Source: Candidatus Spyradenecus sp. (lineage in GTDB: Bacteria; Verrucomicrobiota; Verrucomicrobiia; Opitutales; UBA953). Taken from it: DNA of 64,000 nt. Of the stretch, positions 51,804-61,000 are shown one piece after another. The notes below the pieces were generated by a model. That model was not told the origin of the DNA, did not search any database, and worked only from the letters and a program-made list of their open reading frames with translations. The translations under genes and the position numbers were made by a program. The stretch covers positions 1 through 64,000 of the forward strand of contig JAZSKX010000002.1 in the NCBI GenBank assembly GCA_045535075.1, given 5' to 3'. How positions within the stretch are numbered: position 1 is the first letter of the stretch; each line of letters starts with the position of its first letter.

Positions 51804-53237
51804 CTACGCCAAGCGTTTGCGCCAGTCGAGAATCTGCTTTTTCACTTGCTTCGGACCGGGCATGCCGACGCGTTCCCGCGACGCCATCGCCGTTTTTAAA
51901 TCAAAAACCTTCACCCAATCTTCTCCCAGTTTCGGGTGCACTTTTTTCACTTTTTCAAACGGGAGCGCATTCAGCGGAACGCCTTCCTTTTCGGCAAGCG
52001 CAACCAAATGCCCGACAACGTGATGCGCCTCGCGGAACGGCACGCCCGCACGCACGAGATAATCCGCCACGTCCGTCGCGAGCAAAAGCGGATCGGCAAC
52101 CGCCGCCGCGCAACGCTCCGCGCGCATCGCCGCTCCCGCGAGCGTTTCGCGCAGCACATCGAGCGAAATCATCACCGTATCAAAAGAATCAAATACGGGC
52201 GGTTTGTCTTCCTGCAAATCGCGATTGTAAGTCAGCGGCAAGCCTTTAACCATCGTAACGAGCGCGACCAAATTGCCATGCAAGCGCGCGGATTTCCCGC
52301 GAAGCAGTTCGAGCGAGTCCGGGTTTTTCTTCTGCGGCATCAGCGACGAACCCGTCGTAAACGTGTCGGGAAGCGCAACGAAACCGAACTCCGAGGAATT
52401 CCACAAAATCAAATCTTCCGCGATGCGCGAAAAATGCACGCCGCAAAGCGCACACGCCGACGCAAATTCGATAAACGTGTCGCGGTCGGAAACGGCATCC
52501 ATGCTGTTGCGCGTTACGCGCGCGTTCCCGCGGTCGTCGACAAAATCCATGGCGACGGCGGAAAATTCGCGATCGATCGGAAGCGTCGTTCCCGCGATCG
52601 CGCCCGAGCCGAGCGGCGACCAGTTCGCGTGGTCAAACACGGCGGCGAAACGCTCGCGGTCGCGCGAAAACATTTCGACATAGGCGAGCAAATGATGCGC
52701 GACAGAAACCGGCTGGGCGCGTTGCAGGTGCGTGAACCCGGGAATGTAAACGTCCTGATTACGCGCGGCAACATCGAGAAGCGTGTTCATCAGCGCACCG
52801 AGTTTTTCAAAAATTTTCGCGCTCGCGTCTTTGAAAAACAGACGCATATCGGTCGCGACCTGATCGTTGCGGGAACGCGCCGTGTGCAGTTTCGCGGCGG
52901 CGGGAACGCACTTCGTCAGCGCCTGTTCGATGTTCATGTGCACGTCTTCAAGTGCGATGTTCCACTCGAATTTTCCGGCTTCGATTTCTTTCAAAATCGC
53001 GTCGAGCCCGCGCACGATGTCGTTGCATTCTTTCTTGGAAATAATCCCGACGTGGGCGAGCATTTTCGCCTGAGCCTTGCTTCCCGCGACGTCAAACGGT
53101 GCGAGCCGCGCATCAAACGAAACGCTTTCGCTGAACTTGAGCATCAGCTCTGCGGGACCTTGCGAAAAGCGTCCGCCCCAAGTTGCCTGCTCTTTGCGAG
53201 CCGCCGTTTTTTTCGTCGTCGAAGTTTTCTTTGCCAT
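51804..53237 (-). CDS. argH: argininosuccinate lyase
   Basis: [58 protein letters not shown]. Confidence 0.97.
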   Translation of the reverse strand: MAKKTSTTKKTAARKEQATWGGRFSQGPAELMLKFSESVSFDARLAPFDVAGSKAQAKMLAHVGIISKKECNDIVRGLDAILKEIEAGKFEWNIALEDVHMNIEQALTKCVPAAAKLHTARSRNDQVATDMRLFFKDASAKIFEKLGALMNTLLDVAARNQDVYIPGFTHLQRAQPVSVAHHLLAYVEMFSRDRERFAAVFDHANWSPLGSGAIAGTTLPIDREFSAVAMDFVDDRGNARVTRNSMDAVSDRDTFIEFASACALCGVHFSRIAEDLILWNSSEFGFVALPDTFTTGSSLMPQKKNPDSLELLRGKSARLHGNLVALVTMVKGLPLTYNRDLQEDKPPVFDSFDTVMISLDVLRETLAGAAMRAERCAAAVADPLLLATDVADYLVRAGVPFREAHHVVGHLVALAEKEGVPLNALPFEKVKKVHPKLGEDWVKVFDLKTAMASRERVGMPGPKQVKKQILDWRKRLA

Positions 53238-53631
53238 GGCGGGAAAGCTTAAAGATTAAAGCTCAATCCTTAAAGATTAAAGAGAGCAACCGCACCGCTT
53301 CCACGCATCGAACATCAAGCGAAACCCGACAGTAAAACCTCCGAAAATCAACAGCTTAAAAAGTCGAACAATAATAACCGCAGGTAGCGCGAGTTACCTG
53401 CGGAACAAACGCGCAACCGCAATGCGCTTGAAAAGCGCAACAACTCCGGGACGTTTTACGAAAGTGAAAGTCTCCCGACCTTCGCCCCAAAAGCGTTTCG
53501 ATTTTCCCCCAAAAAAAGCTCTCGCAAAGAACGCTGCGGATTGCAGAAATTTTTTGCTCTGCGAAACCTTGCAAACTCTGCGAGAGAATTTATCCCCGAA
53601 CGAATAAAGTGCTTCTCTTTCGGAATTTTAA

Positions 53632-55092
53632 TTACAACCCTGCGGGAACGCGGCAGGAGAAATCGTGCGCGGTCTCGAATGCGTGAGCGGCGGCGAGTAC
53701 GTTCCCGTCGTCGAGGGCTTTCCCGATGAGCTGAAGCCCGATCGGCATGCCGGCGGCATCGAAGCCGCAGGGAAGCGAAACGGCGGGAAGCCCGGTCAGA
53801 TTCGCGGGAACGGTGCAAATATCGCCGAGATACATTTTGAGCGGGTCGGAGGTTTTTCCGCCCTGCGGGAACGCGGTTTCCGGCGTCGTCGGCGCAAGAA
53901 TCAGGTCGACATCGGCAAAGGCTTTTTCAAATTCGTTGCGGATGAGCGAGCGGATTTTTTGCGCGCGCAGGTAATATGCGTCGTAGTAGCCGGCGGAAAG
54001 CACGTAGGTGCCGAGCAAGATGCGGCGTTTGACTTCTTCGCCGAAGCCTTCGCCGCGGCTTTTTGCAAAAATGTCGATCGCGTCGGTCGCGCGCGCACTG
54101 CGATGCGTGTAGCGAATGCCGTCGAAGCGCGCGAGGTTGGACGAGGCTTCCGCCGTTGCGATAATGTAATAAGCCGGAATCGCGAGATTAATCGACGGGA
54201 GTGAAATTTCGCGAATTTCGCAACCTTGAGATTCATACCACGCCGCGGCTTTTTTTACGGCTTCGTCGATGGCGGAATCGCCGCCGAAAAATTCTTTCGG
54301 TAAACCGATTTTGCGCGGTTTCGCGGGAACGGAAAGTTGCGGGAACGTCGGCGTGCGCGCGCCCGGAAGCGCAGTGGAATCGTGCGCGCAAGGCGAGGCG
54401 AGCACGTCGTAAAGCGCAGCGGCGTCGGCAACACTACGCGCCATCGGTCCGACTTGTTCGAGCGAGGACGCAAACGCCACCGCGCCGTAGCGGGAAACGG
54501 TTCCGTAAGTCGGTTTGAAGCCGACAATACCGCAAAAACTCGCCGGCTGGCGGATCGACCCACCCGTGTCCGAGCCGAGCGCGAGCGGCGTCATTCCCGC
54601 CGCTACCGCCGCCGCCGAGCCGCCGGACGAACCGCCGGGAACGCAATCGGTGTTCCACGGATTGGCGGTTTTCGCGAAAGCGGAATTTTCCGTCGAGGAG
54701 CCCATCGCGAATTCGTCCATGTTGAGACGACCGAAAATGACGGCGCCGGATTTTTTCAAATTGGAAATGACGGTCGCATCGTAGGGCGAAACAAAGTTTT
54801 CGAGCATTTTCGACGCGCAGGAACATTTTTGCCCGGCAACGGCGATATTGTCTTTGATGGCGACGGGAACGCCGTCGAGCGCGCCGAGTGTCGTTCCCGC
54901 AGCGCGGCGTGCGTCGGCGGCGTCGGCTTGCGCGAGCGCGTCGGCTTCGTCCACGGAAAGAAACGCGCGAATTTTTCCGTCCGTTGCGCGAATGCGGTCG
55001 AGTTGCGCCTGCATGAGTTCCCGCGCGGAGATTTTTTTCTCCGCAAGGAGCGTTGCAAGTTCGGTTGCCGTTTTAAAATTTAAAGAATCCAT
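53632..55092 (-). CDS. gatA: Asp-tRNA(Asn)/Glu-tRNA(Gln) amidotransferase subunit A
   Basis: NMDEFAMGSSTENS, PGGSSGGSAAAV, GSDTGGSIRQPASFCG, AEASSNLARFDG, EVKRRILLGTYVLS. Confidence 0.97.
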   Translation of the reverse strand: MDSLNFKTATELATLLAEKKISARELMQAQLDRIRATDGKIRAFLSVDEADALAQADAADARRAAGTTLGALDGVPVAIKDNIAVAGQKCSCASKMLENFVSPYDATVISNLKKSGAVIFGRLNMDEFAMGSSTENSAFAKTANPWNTDCVPGGSSGGSAAAVAAGMTPLALGSDTGGSIRQPASFCGIVGFKPTYGTVSRYGAVAFASSLEQVGPMARSVADAAALYDVLASPCAHDSTALPGARTPTFPQLSVPAKPRKIGLPKEFFGGDSAIDEAVKKAAAWYESQGCEIREISLPSINLAIPAYYIIATAEASSNLARFDGIRYTHRSARATDAIDIFAKSRGEGFGEEVKRRILLGTYVLSAGYYDAYYLRAQKIRSLIRNEFEKAFADVDLILAPTTPETAFPQGGKTSDPLKMYLGDICTVPANLTGLPAVSLPCGFDAAGMPIGLQLIGKALDDGNVLAAAHAFETAHDFSCRVPAGL

Positions 55093-55111
55093 AAAAAAAG
55101 ATGATAGATGA

Positions 55112-55157
55112 GAGCTGAGGGCTTAGAGGTGCGAGCTGAGGGCTTAGAGGTAAATGC
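55112..55157. repeat. heptamer-period tandem repeat, left flank of the four-helix-bundle gene
   Basis: GAGCTGA GGGCTTA GAGGTGC GAGCTGA GGGCTTA GAGGTAA. Confidence 0.85.
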
Positions 55158-55158
55158 G

Positions 55159-55554
55159 TTAAAAGGTTTTGGAATTTTCGTTTTGTTCGGTTTGGCGGCG
55201 ATGCCGAGAAAGCCCGCTGAGGGATTTGGCGATGCTGAGAATGAGGTTTTTCGCCTCGCTTAATTCCATTTCGGAAATGTAGTCGAGTTCCCGCGCGATT
55301 TTTATTTGGCAAAAAACTTCCATCAACGAACCGTAGGCGATTTCGAAAAAGCGGAGTTGGTCTTTGGCGGAAAATCGTCCGTTCCCTTCTGCGATGTTTG
55401 AAGGAACGGAAACAACTGCGCGCCGAAGTTGAGCGGAAAGCGCAAATTGCTCGTGCTCCGGAAATTTTGTCAAAAGACCGTAAACGAGCTTTACGAGGCG
55501 CATGGAATCTTGCCACGCATAGAGTTTTTCGAATGAAAAAACCACTTCTTCCAT
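55159..55554 (-). CDS. four helix bundle protein (23S rRNA IVP / TIGR02436 family)
   Basis: FSFEKLYAWQ, FPEHEQFALSAQLRRAVVSVPSNIAEG, FFEIAYGSLMEV. Confidence 0.93.
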   Translation of the reverse strand: MEEVVFSFEKLYAWQDSMRLVKLVYGLLTKFPEHEQFALSAQLRRAVVSVPSNIAEGNGRFSAKDQLRFFEIAYGSLMEVFCQIKIARELDYISEMELSEAKNLILSIAKSLSGLSRHRRQTEQNENSKTF

Positions 55555-55564
55555 TTTACTAAAA

Positions 55565-55601
55565 GCAAATACCTCTCAGCTCTCAGCCATTGCCTCTCAG
55601 C
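55565..55601. repeat. heptamer-period repeat, right flank, inverted relative to the left flank
   Basis: GCAAATACCTCTCAGCTCTCAGCCATTGCCTCTCAGC; reverse complement of 55565-55587 matches 55135-55157 at 19/23. Confidence 0.8.
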
Positions 55602-55620
55602 GCGAAAACTTTGTTTTCGC

Positions 55621-55917
55621 TTATTCGCCGTCGTCGACGACGCGGGGGACGACGATTTGGTCTTCGCGTGCGGCAGGAGCGTTTTTCAGAAGAGCTTCGA
55701 CGGGAAGTGTTTCCGCGGGAACGTCGTCGCGCAAAACATTGTAAACCGGGAACGCGTGCGCGCAGGGCTCAAGCGCGGAGACATCGACAGCGTTGAGTTT
55801 TTCGAAAAATCCGAGAATGGTTTGAAAGTCTCCGGCGAATTTTTGTTTTTCGGTATCGGAAAGTTCGATACGTGCGAGCGCGGAAACGTGTGCGAGATCG
55901 ATTTGCGAATCGTTCAT
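55621..55917 (-). CDS. gatC: Asp-tRNA(Asn)/Glu-tRNA(Gln) amidotransferase subunit C
   Basis: HVSALARIEL, ILGFFEKLNAVD, NVLRDD, LKNAP, VVPRVV. Confidence 0.95.
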   Translation of the reverse strand: MNDSQIDLAHVSALARIELSDTEKQKFAGDFQTILGFFEKLNAVDVSALEPCAHAFPVYNVLRDDVPAETLPVEALLKNAPAAREDQIVVPRVVDDGE

Positions 55918-55925
55918 AAAGCGTG

Positions 55926-56990
55926 TTATTTAATTTTAAATACGAGTTTCACGTAAAATGTGGAATCGAAGTGGCGATTGCCGACGGCGACGATGCTGTT
56001 GTAAGCATTGGTCATTCCGATGCGAATGCCGACTTTATCTTCATAATAAGCGGTTTCGAAGTAGGATTCGTGGGAGATAACGTAATCGCCGCTCGGATCG
56101 TCAAATGAAGGACCGTAATTGACTTTATTTACGATCTTTCCGAAATCCGCCGAGTAGTAATGGTTGATTTCAAAGTCGCCCGTCGGCGTGCTGACATCTT
56201 CGATTCCGGCGTCTTCTTCGTAGCTTTCGTAGCGAAAACCCGCCCCGCAACGTACGTTCAATTTCCAATTCTCGCGGTCGATAACGCCATAGCCGAGCCC
56301 GAGCGCGGAAGTCGTGAAAAAGTTCTGCTTGGCAATTTTGTCGTAGCCGTTGTCGGTACGCCCGTACCATTGAAGCGGCGCATAAAATTTGTCTTCGTAG
56401 TCGGCGATAAGGTGAAGATTGTCCTGCGATTTGTCTCCGTTGGTTTCGCTGTAATTAAAATTTGCACACAAATGAAGCTTATCGAACTCGCCGATATTGT
56501 AGGCATTCATCCCGAAAAGCGCCTGAGCGAAATCCGTCGTCCCGGACGTTCCCGTAAAGCCGGCTTCAATCGTAAACGTCCAGTGGCGGTCTTTTTTTTG
56601 AAGCGCACGCTCGGCGGGGCTTAAATCGCCATGGCGCCACAGGTCGGCGACTTCGTCCGTTCCCGCCGCCGCAATCCCGTGAAGCGAGCTGATGCTGATC
56701 GTGTTTCCGAAGCCGGGAACGACGGTTCCGTGAAACGTCGCTCCGGAATTCGTCGTCATGAAAATCGCTTCGTCCGTCGAAAAATTTTCGACCTTTGCCA
56801 TGTCGATTTTAAACTCGCTCTGCGCAAAATCAGGAACGACGATAAGCGTGCCGCCGGAAATGCTTTTGATCTTCCCGCGAATGAGCGAACCGTCGTCCAG
56901 CCGCACTTCGTCGGCATGGGCCGCGAAGGCTCCGGCACAAAACGCAAGCGCAACAAAAAGCTTCGAAGTTTTCGAGAAAAAGACGGACAT
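55926..56990 (-). CDS. DUF481 (YdiY-like) outer membrane beta-barrel protein
   Basis: Signal peptide; N-terminal DEVRLDDGSLIRGKI; beta-strand barrel with LGLGYG and GAGFRYESY. Confidence 0.72.
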   Translation of the reverse strand: MSVFFSKTSKLFVALAFCAGAFAAHADEVRLDDGSLIRGKIKSISGGTLIVVPDFAQSEFKIDMAKVENFSTDEAIFMTTNSGATFHGTVVPGFGNTISISSLHGIAAAGTDEVADLWRHGDLSPAERALQKKDRHWTFTIEAGFTGTSGTTDFAQALFGMNAYNIGEFDKLHLCANFNYSETNGDKSQDNLHLIADYEDKFYAPLQWYGRTDNGYDKIAKQNFFTTSALGLGYGVIDRENWKLNVRCGAGFRYESYEEDAGIEDVSTPTGDFEINHYYSADFGKIVNKVNYGPSFDDPSGDYVISHESYFETAYYEDKVGIRIGMTNAYNSIVAVGNRHFDSTFYVKLVFKIK

Positions 56991-57066
56991 AAATTTCCCC
57001 TCAGTCTAATCGCAGTCGCTCAACACCTTCAAATATTAAAAACAACAAAACCGCGAACAAGCCGAC

Positions 57067-57102
57067 AAAAAAACGTTCCCGCAGACTGCTCCGCGGGAAC
57101 GT
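57067..57102 (-). terminator. terminator after PEP-CTERM gene 2
   Basis: A7-CGTTCCCGC-agactgctcc-GCGGGAACGT. Confidence 0.8.
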
Positions 57103-57139
57103 CGGACTAATTATGAATTAATATATCACTAAAGAAAGA

Positions 57140-57874
57140 TTAGCGACGGCGGCGACGCGAACCGACAAGCGCCAAAGCGCCCAAGCCCGCGAGCAAACCG
57201 AACGCAGACGGCTCGGGAATCGGAGCGGTCGTAGCAGCGAGGCTCGACAGATCCTTCATGTTGGTTTCATTTCCGCCCATATATTCGTTGAAATAATAGG
57301 ACGTTGCGACAGAATCGTTGAAAGTAAGTGCGGAAATACCGGCCTGGTTTGTCTTCAAGCCTCCGGCAGCAACATACGAATTCACAATTGCATTTTTGCT
57401 AGCATCCAAAAGCGTAAATGCAACGGCTGTGCCGGAAGTCGAACCAAACGAATAAACCAATCCGGCGTAAGCGACATTGTCCCAACCGGTTCCTTCCGTG
57501 TCCCCGTTAAGATCTGCGAGATCGGAACTGCCTGTCCAACAGGTGCTACTCCAATTGATATTGTCTCCCCAGCGAGCATACAATCCGGAAGTATTAACTT
57601 TTCCACCGGAAGATCCCCCGTTAACCGTAACGCCGGTAGCAGTCCCTCCGGCATCGTAGCGAACAATATCTGTTCCCCAGCTAGCGGTTACCCCTTTTTC
57701 CAGAAGCGCGCGGAGCTCCGCGACATCAAGCGTCAAAGCGACGGTAAAGCTTCCTCCGAGCGTATTGTAGCTGGTATCTCCCCCGACAGCCTTATCCGCA
57801 CCGTCCAGCGAGACTGCATTTGCGAAAGCGGCGCCTGCGGCGAAAAGAGCCGCGAGTGTAATATATTTTTTCAT
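57140..57874 (-). CDS. PEP-CTERM sorting domain surface protein
   Basis: Signal peptide MKKYITLAALFAAGAAFANA; C-terminus IPEPSAFGLLAGLGALALVGSRRRRR. Confidence 0.93.
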   Translation of the reverse strand: MKKYITLAALFAAGAAFANAVSLDGADKAVGGDTSYNTLGGSFTVALTLDVAELRALLEKGVTASWGTDIVRYDAGGTATGVTVNGGSSGGKVNTSGLYARWGDNINWSSTCWTGSSDLADLNGDTEGTGWDNVAYAGLVYSFGSTSGTAVAFTLLDASKNAIVNSYVAAGGLKTNQAGISALTFNDSVATSYYFNEYMGGNETNMKDLSSLAATTAPIPEPSAFGLLAGLGALALVGSRRRRR

Positions 57875-57907
57875 AAGTTTCGTGATTGAGATTAAAATGA
57901 GGGGTTC

Positions 57908-57935
57908 ATTTTACCCCCCCCTAAAATGGCGTCAA
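57908..57935 (-). promoter_or_regulatory. sigma70-like promoter with G8 tract in the spacer
   Basis: Minus strand TTGACG-ccatttta-GGGGGGGG-TAAAAT (16-nt spacer); homologous to 34259-34286. Confidence 0.65.
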
Positions 57936-58000
57936 GTGCATTTGAAGCGATTTTAGGGGTAATTTTGAAGCAGCACGACGCACTGTAATTTCCGGATACG

Positions 58001-58032
58001 AAAACCGTTCCCGCGGAAAACCACGGGAACGG
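58001..58032 (-). terminator. terminator after hsdR
   Basis: AAAA-CCGTTCCCGCGG-aaaa-CCACGGGAACGG. Confidence 0.7.
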
Positions 58033-58071
58033 GCAAATAAAGTAGCGCCTCCGCGAACTCTGCGAAAGACA

Positions 58072-61000
58072 CTATTTCCGCGAAAGCATTCGTGAAAATT
58101 CGTGTCTATTCGTGGTTTCGGATTCGGACGCCGCGCAATTTTTATCCCAGGATTTTGCGGAGGACGTATTGGAGAATGCCGCCTTTTTCCCGTAAGGCGC
58201 TGAAGCTTCTGAAACGATGAGCAATGTTTCTTCGTCCGAATAGCTCACGATACTCTTTTCTTCAAGAACTCCCGAGTTGTTCTCTTCAAAATTTTCGACC
58301 TGATCCATAACCTTTCGGAAAACTTCGGGGCAGTACTGCGGCGGATAGCCGTTTTTGATCAAACAAACTTTAATGTCAAATTTAAGCCGGTCCCGAATAA
58401 TCTGATTGTTGAGCCAATCAGAAAATGAAGATTTTGTATCGATAATTTCTTTCACTTTCTTTGCCAGAGACTTACACTTTTCATTAATAGAAACGCCTCC
58501 GACAAGTTTGTCTTCCCCGTACACAAAGTTGTGTCGATCGCGTAAATCCATCAAAATGTCGTAAAATGCTTTTTCCTCAAATGTAAGACCGATTTTTCTA
58601 AAGCTCTCACGATCGGCATTCATATTCTTTAAAATTTGAAGTGCCTGTTCCGTTGCATTCCGAATAATTTCGTTTGCGGTCTGTTCCTGTGTTTCTCCCG
58701 CTTCTTCTTCGGAGAGGTGTTTTCTCCTTTCGTGATATTGCCTGACGGTTTCTTCAAGCATTTCTTGGAATTTCTTCGCCGCCATTTGATTGGTCTTCCC
58801 GTATTCCCGAATCTGTTTGCGAAGCATTTTCACCAGCATTTCAAGTTTCGTGGCAGGCATCTTTACATCCGCCAGCTTTTCAAAAAACTCGGGGCTGAAC
58901 AAATCTTCCTGCTCGCCGTCATCAAGAATGCTTTCGACATCATTATATTTCAGCGCTTGTTCCACCATTTCGGAGACGCGACGATTCATCGTATCGGTAT
59001 CGATATCCGTGTCCGTTCCGCTCATTTTGCGGACAAATCCGGCAATCGCCATAAAGCACTGCGCCAGGGCGGATTCTTCTTCACCGAGGCCGCCGGACGG
59101 CTGACAAATGTCGTATGCCGCGCGCATTCTTTTCACGGTTTTCAGAAAATAGGTTTTGAAAGAAACCTTGGAAACTTTCTTCCCGCGATTTGTTTCCGAA
59201 CTCAGAAACCGCGCGGAAACAAAGACAAACTCCGCCGCTTTTGCCAAAAGCCTATACCGCTCCGCCGGGTCTCCGTCGGGCATGAGGAACGGACTCAGAT
59301 CATACTCGTCAAAAAGGTTTTTGAGGATTTCCAACTCTTCTCTGAAAACTGCCGCCGCCTGTTCCACGTCATCCGAAGACGGGGCAACAGAGGCATCTCC
59401 ACCATAGAGTTTCATTGCTTCCCGCATGTTATCCCGAATGCCGATGTAATCGACAATGAGACCGTAATCCTTGCCCGGAAACTTTCTGTTCACCCGACTG
59501 ATGGTTTGAATTAAGAGATGCTTTTTCAGCGGCTTATCGTTGTACAGGTATGTCAGCGCGGGAACGTCAAATCCGGTAATCCACATATCCACCACAATGA
59601 CGATTCGGAAGTTGGAGTTTTCCTGCCTAAATGCGGCATCAAGCGCCTCCGAGCGCTCTCCGTTCTTTACTCCGCCAAGGTAGTTATACATCTCTGCGGG
59701 ATCGTTGCTACCGACACTTGAAACCATCGCCATAAAAGGCATCGGCTTCAGTTCACGCAATTCCTCGTCAGAAACGACGGTTCCGTCCGCCACCTTCCTT
59801 TCCGCAAACCATTCGGGATACTTTTCCTGGAATTTTTTCAGAAGCGTATAGGCAATCGATCTGCCGGAACAAACGATCATAGCTTTTTGCACTCTTCCAG
59901 GATCGTTTTCACACGCAGACACATAATGATCGTGAATGTCAACGGCAAGGCGCTCCAAGCGGGACGGTTCGCCAAGAATGACCTCCATGGAGCTCATCGC
60001 ACGCTTACTTGCTTCGATATCGTCTCTCGTCGCCCCGTCATCCGCACACTTCTTATAGTAATTCTCAATCTCCCTGATCTTTGCCTGATCCAACAAAACT
60101 TTGGCAATGCGCGGATGATATTTGATGGAAACGGTAAGTCCGTCCGCAACCGCCTGATCCATCGTGTAGCGGTCAATTTCGTCCCCGAAAGTCTGATACG
60201 TTTCGGCAATCGGCGTTCCCGTGAACCCGACAAACGTCGCATTGGGCAACGCCTCTTTCAACACTTTCGCGTAGGGCTTGGAAACGACGGCACGCATATT
60301 CTCGTCCGCATCTTTGCTGAACTGAATCTTCTTCGCGTTTTCAATTTGCGTCCGGTGCGCTTCGTCGGAGAAACAGATAATATTTGCCCGGCTGTTAATC
60401 AGTCCGATCCTATCGTCTTCCCGATCACAGAATTTCTGAATCGTGCAAATGTAAAAACCGCCGCTTTCCCGTGCGCCGAGCTCTTCCCGCAACACCTTCC
60501 TGTTCGGGACAATGCAAACCTCGCCCAAATTTAAAAATTCTTTGCTCTTGGTAAAGAGCTTCGCGCCCTGCTTTTGCAATTCATCGCGGTCCACAATCAT
60601 AACGATGGTGGGCGAACCTATCGCGGGAACGTCCGCACAGCGCAGCGCCAATTGCCGGGCAAGAAACGCCATCGTGTAGGTTTTCCCGCACCCCGTAGCG
60701 CCGAAGTAAGTCCCGCCTTTCCCGCTTTTTGAAATCACGGATTTGACGATGCTCTGCTTCAGGAGCCGGGAAGCAAAGAACTGCGGATAGCGGCACACGA
60801 TTTCCCGCTCGGCGTAATCGTATTCGCTGTCCTGAAAATAAATATAGTCCCGGAAAATTTCGAGAAAGCGTTCGGGCGCAAACACGCCCCGAATCATCGT
60901 CTGCGTTTCCTCAAACGGGAGCGTCGAAACCTTGTCGCCGTCGTTCACACGCCGCCAGGCATAGAAATGCTCATAAGGCGTGCGCACCGTTCCCAAGCGC

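Larger units (their letters stand above)
75..60631. repeat. dispersed over-represented 8-mer CGTTCCCG / CGGGAACG
   Basis: At least 19 exact copies counted by eye in 1-9000; frequent through the rest of the core region; last exact copy seen at 60624. Confidence 0.9.

Noticed and set aside
50466..53252. 477-aa and 438-aa + strand ORFs
   Set aside because: Antisense shadows of rlmI and argH
55112..55601. CRISPR array, IS element or DGR at the four-helix-bundle locus
   Set aside because: No spacers, cas genes, transposase, reverse transcriptase or TR/VR pair in the window
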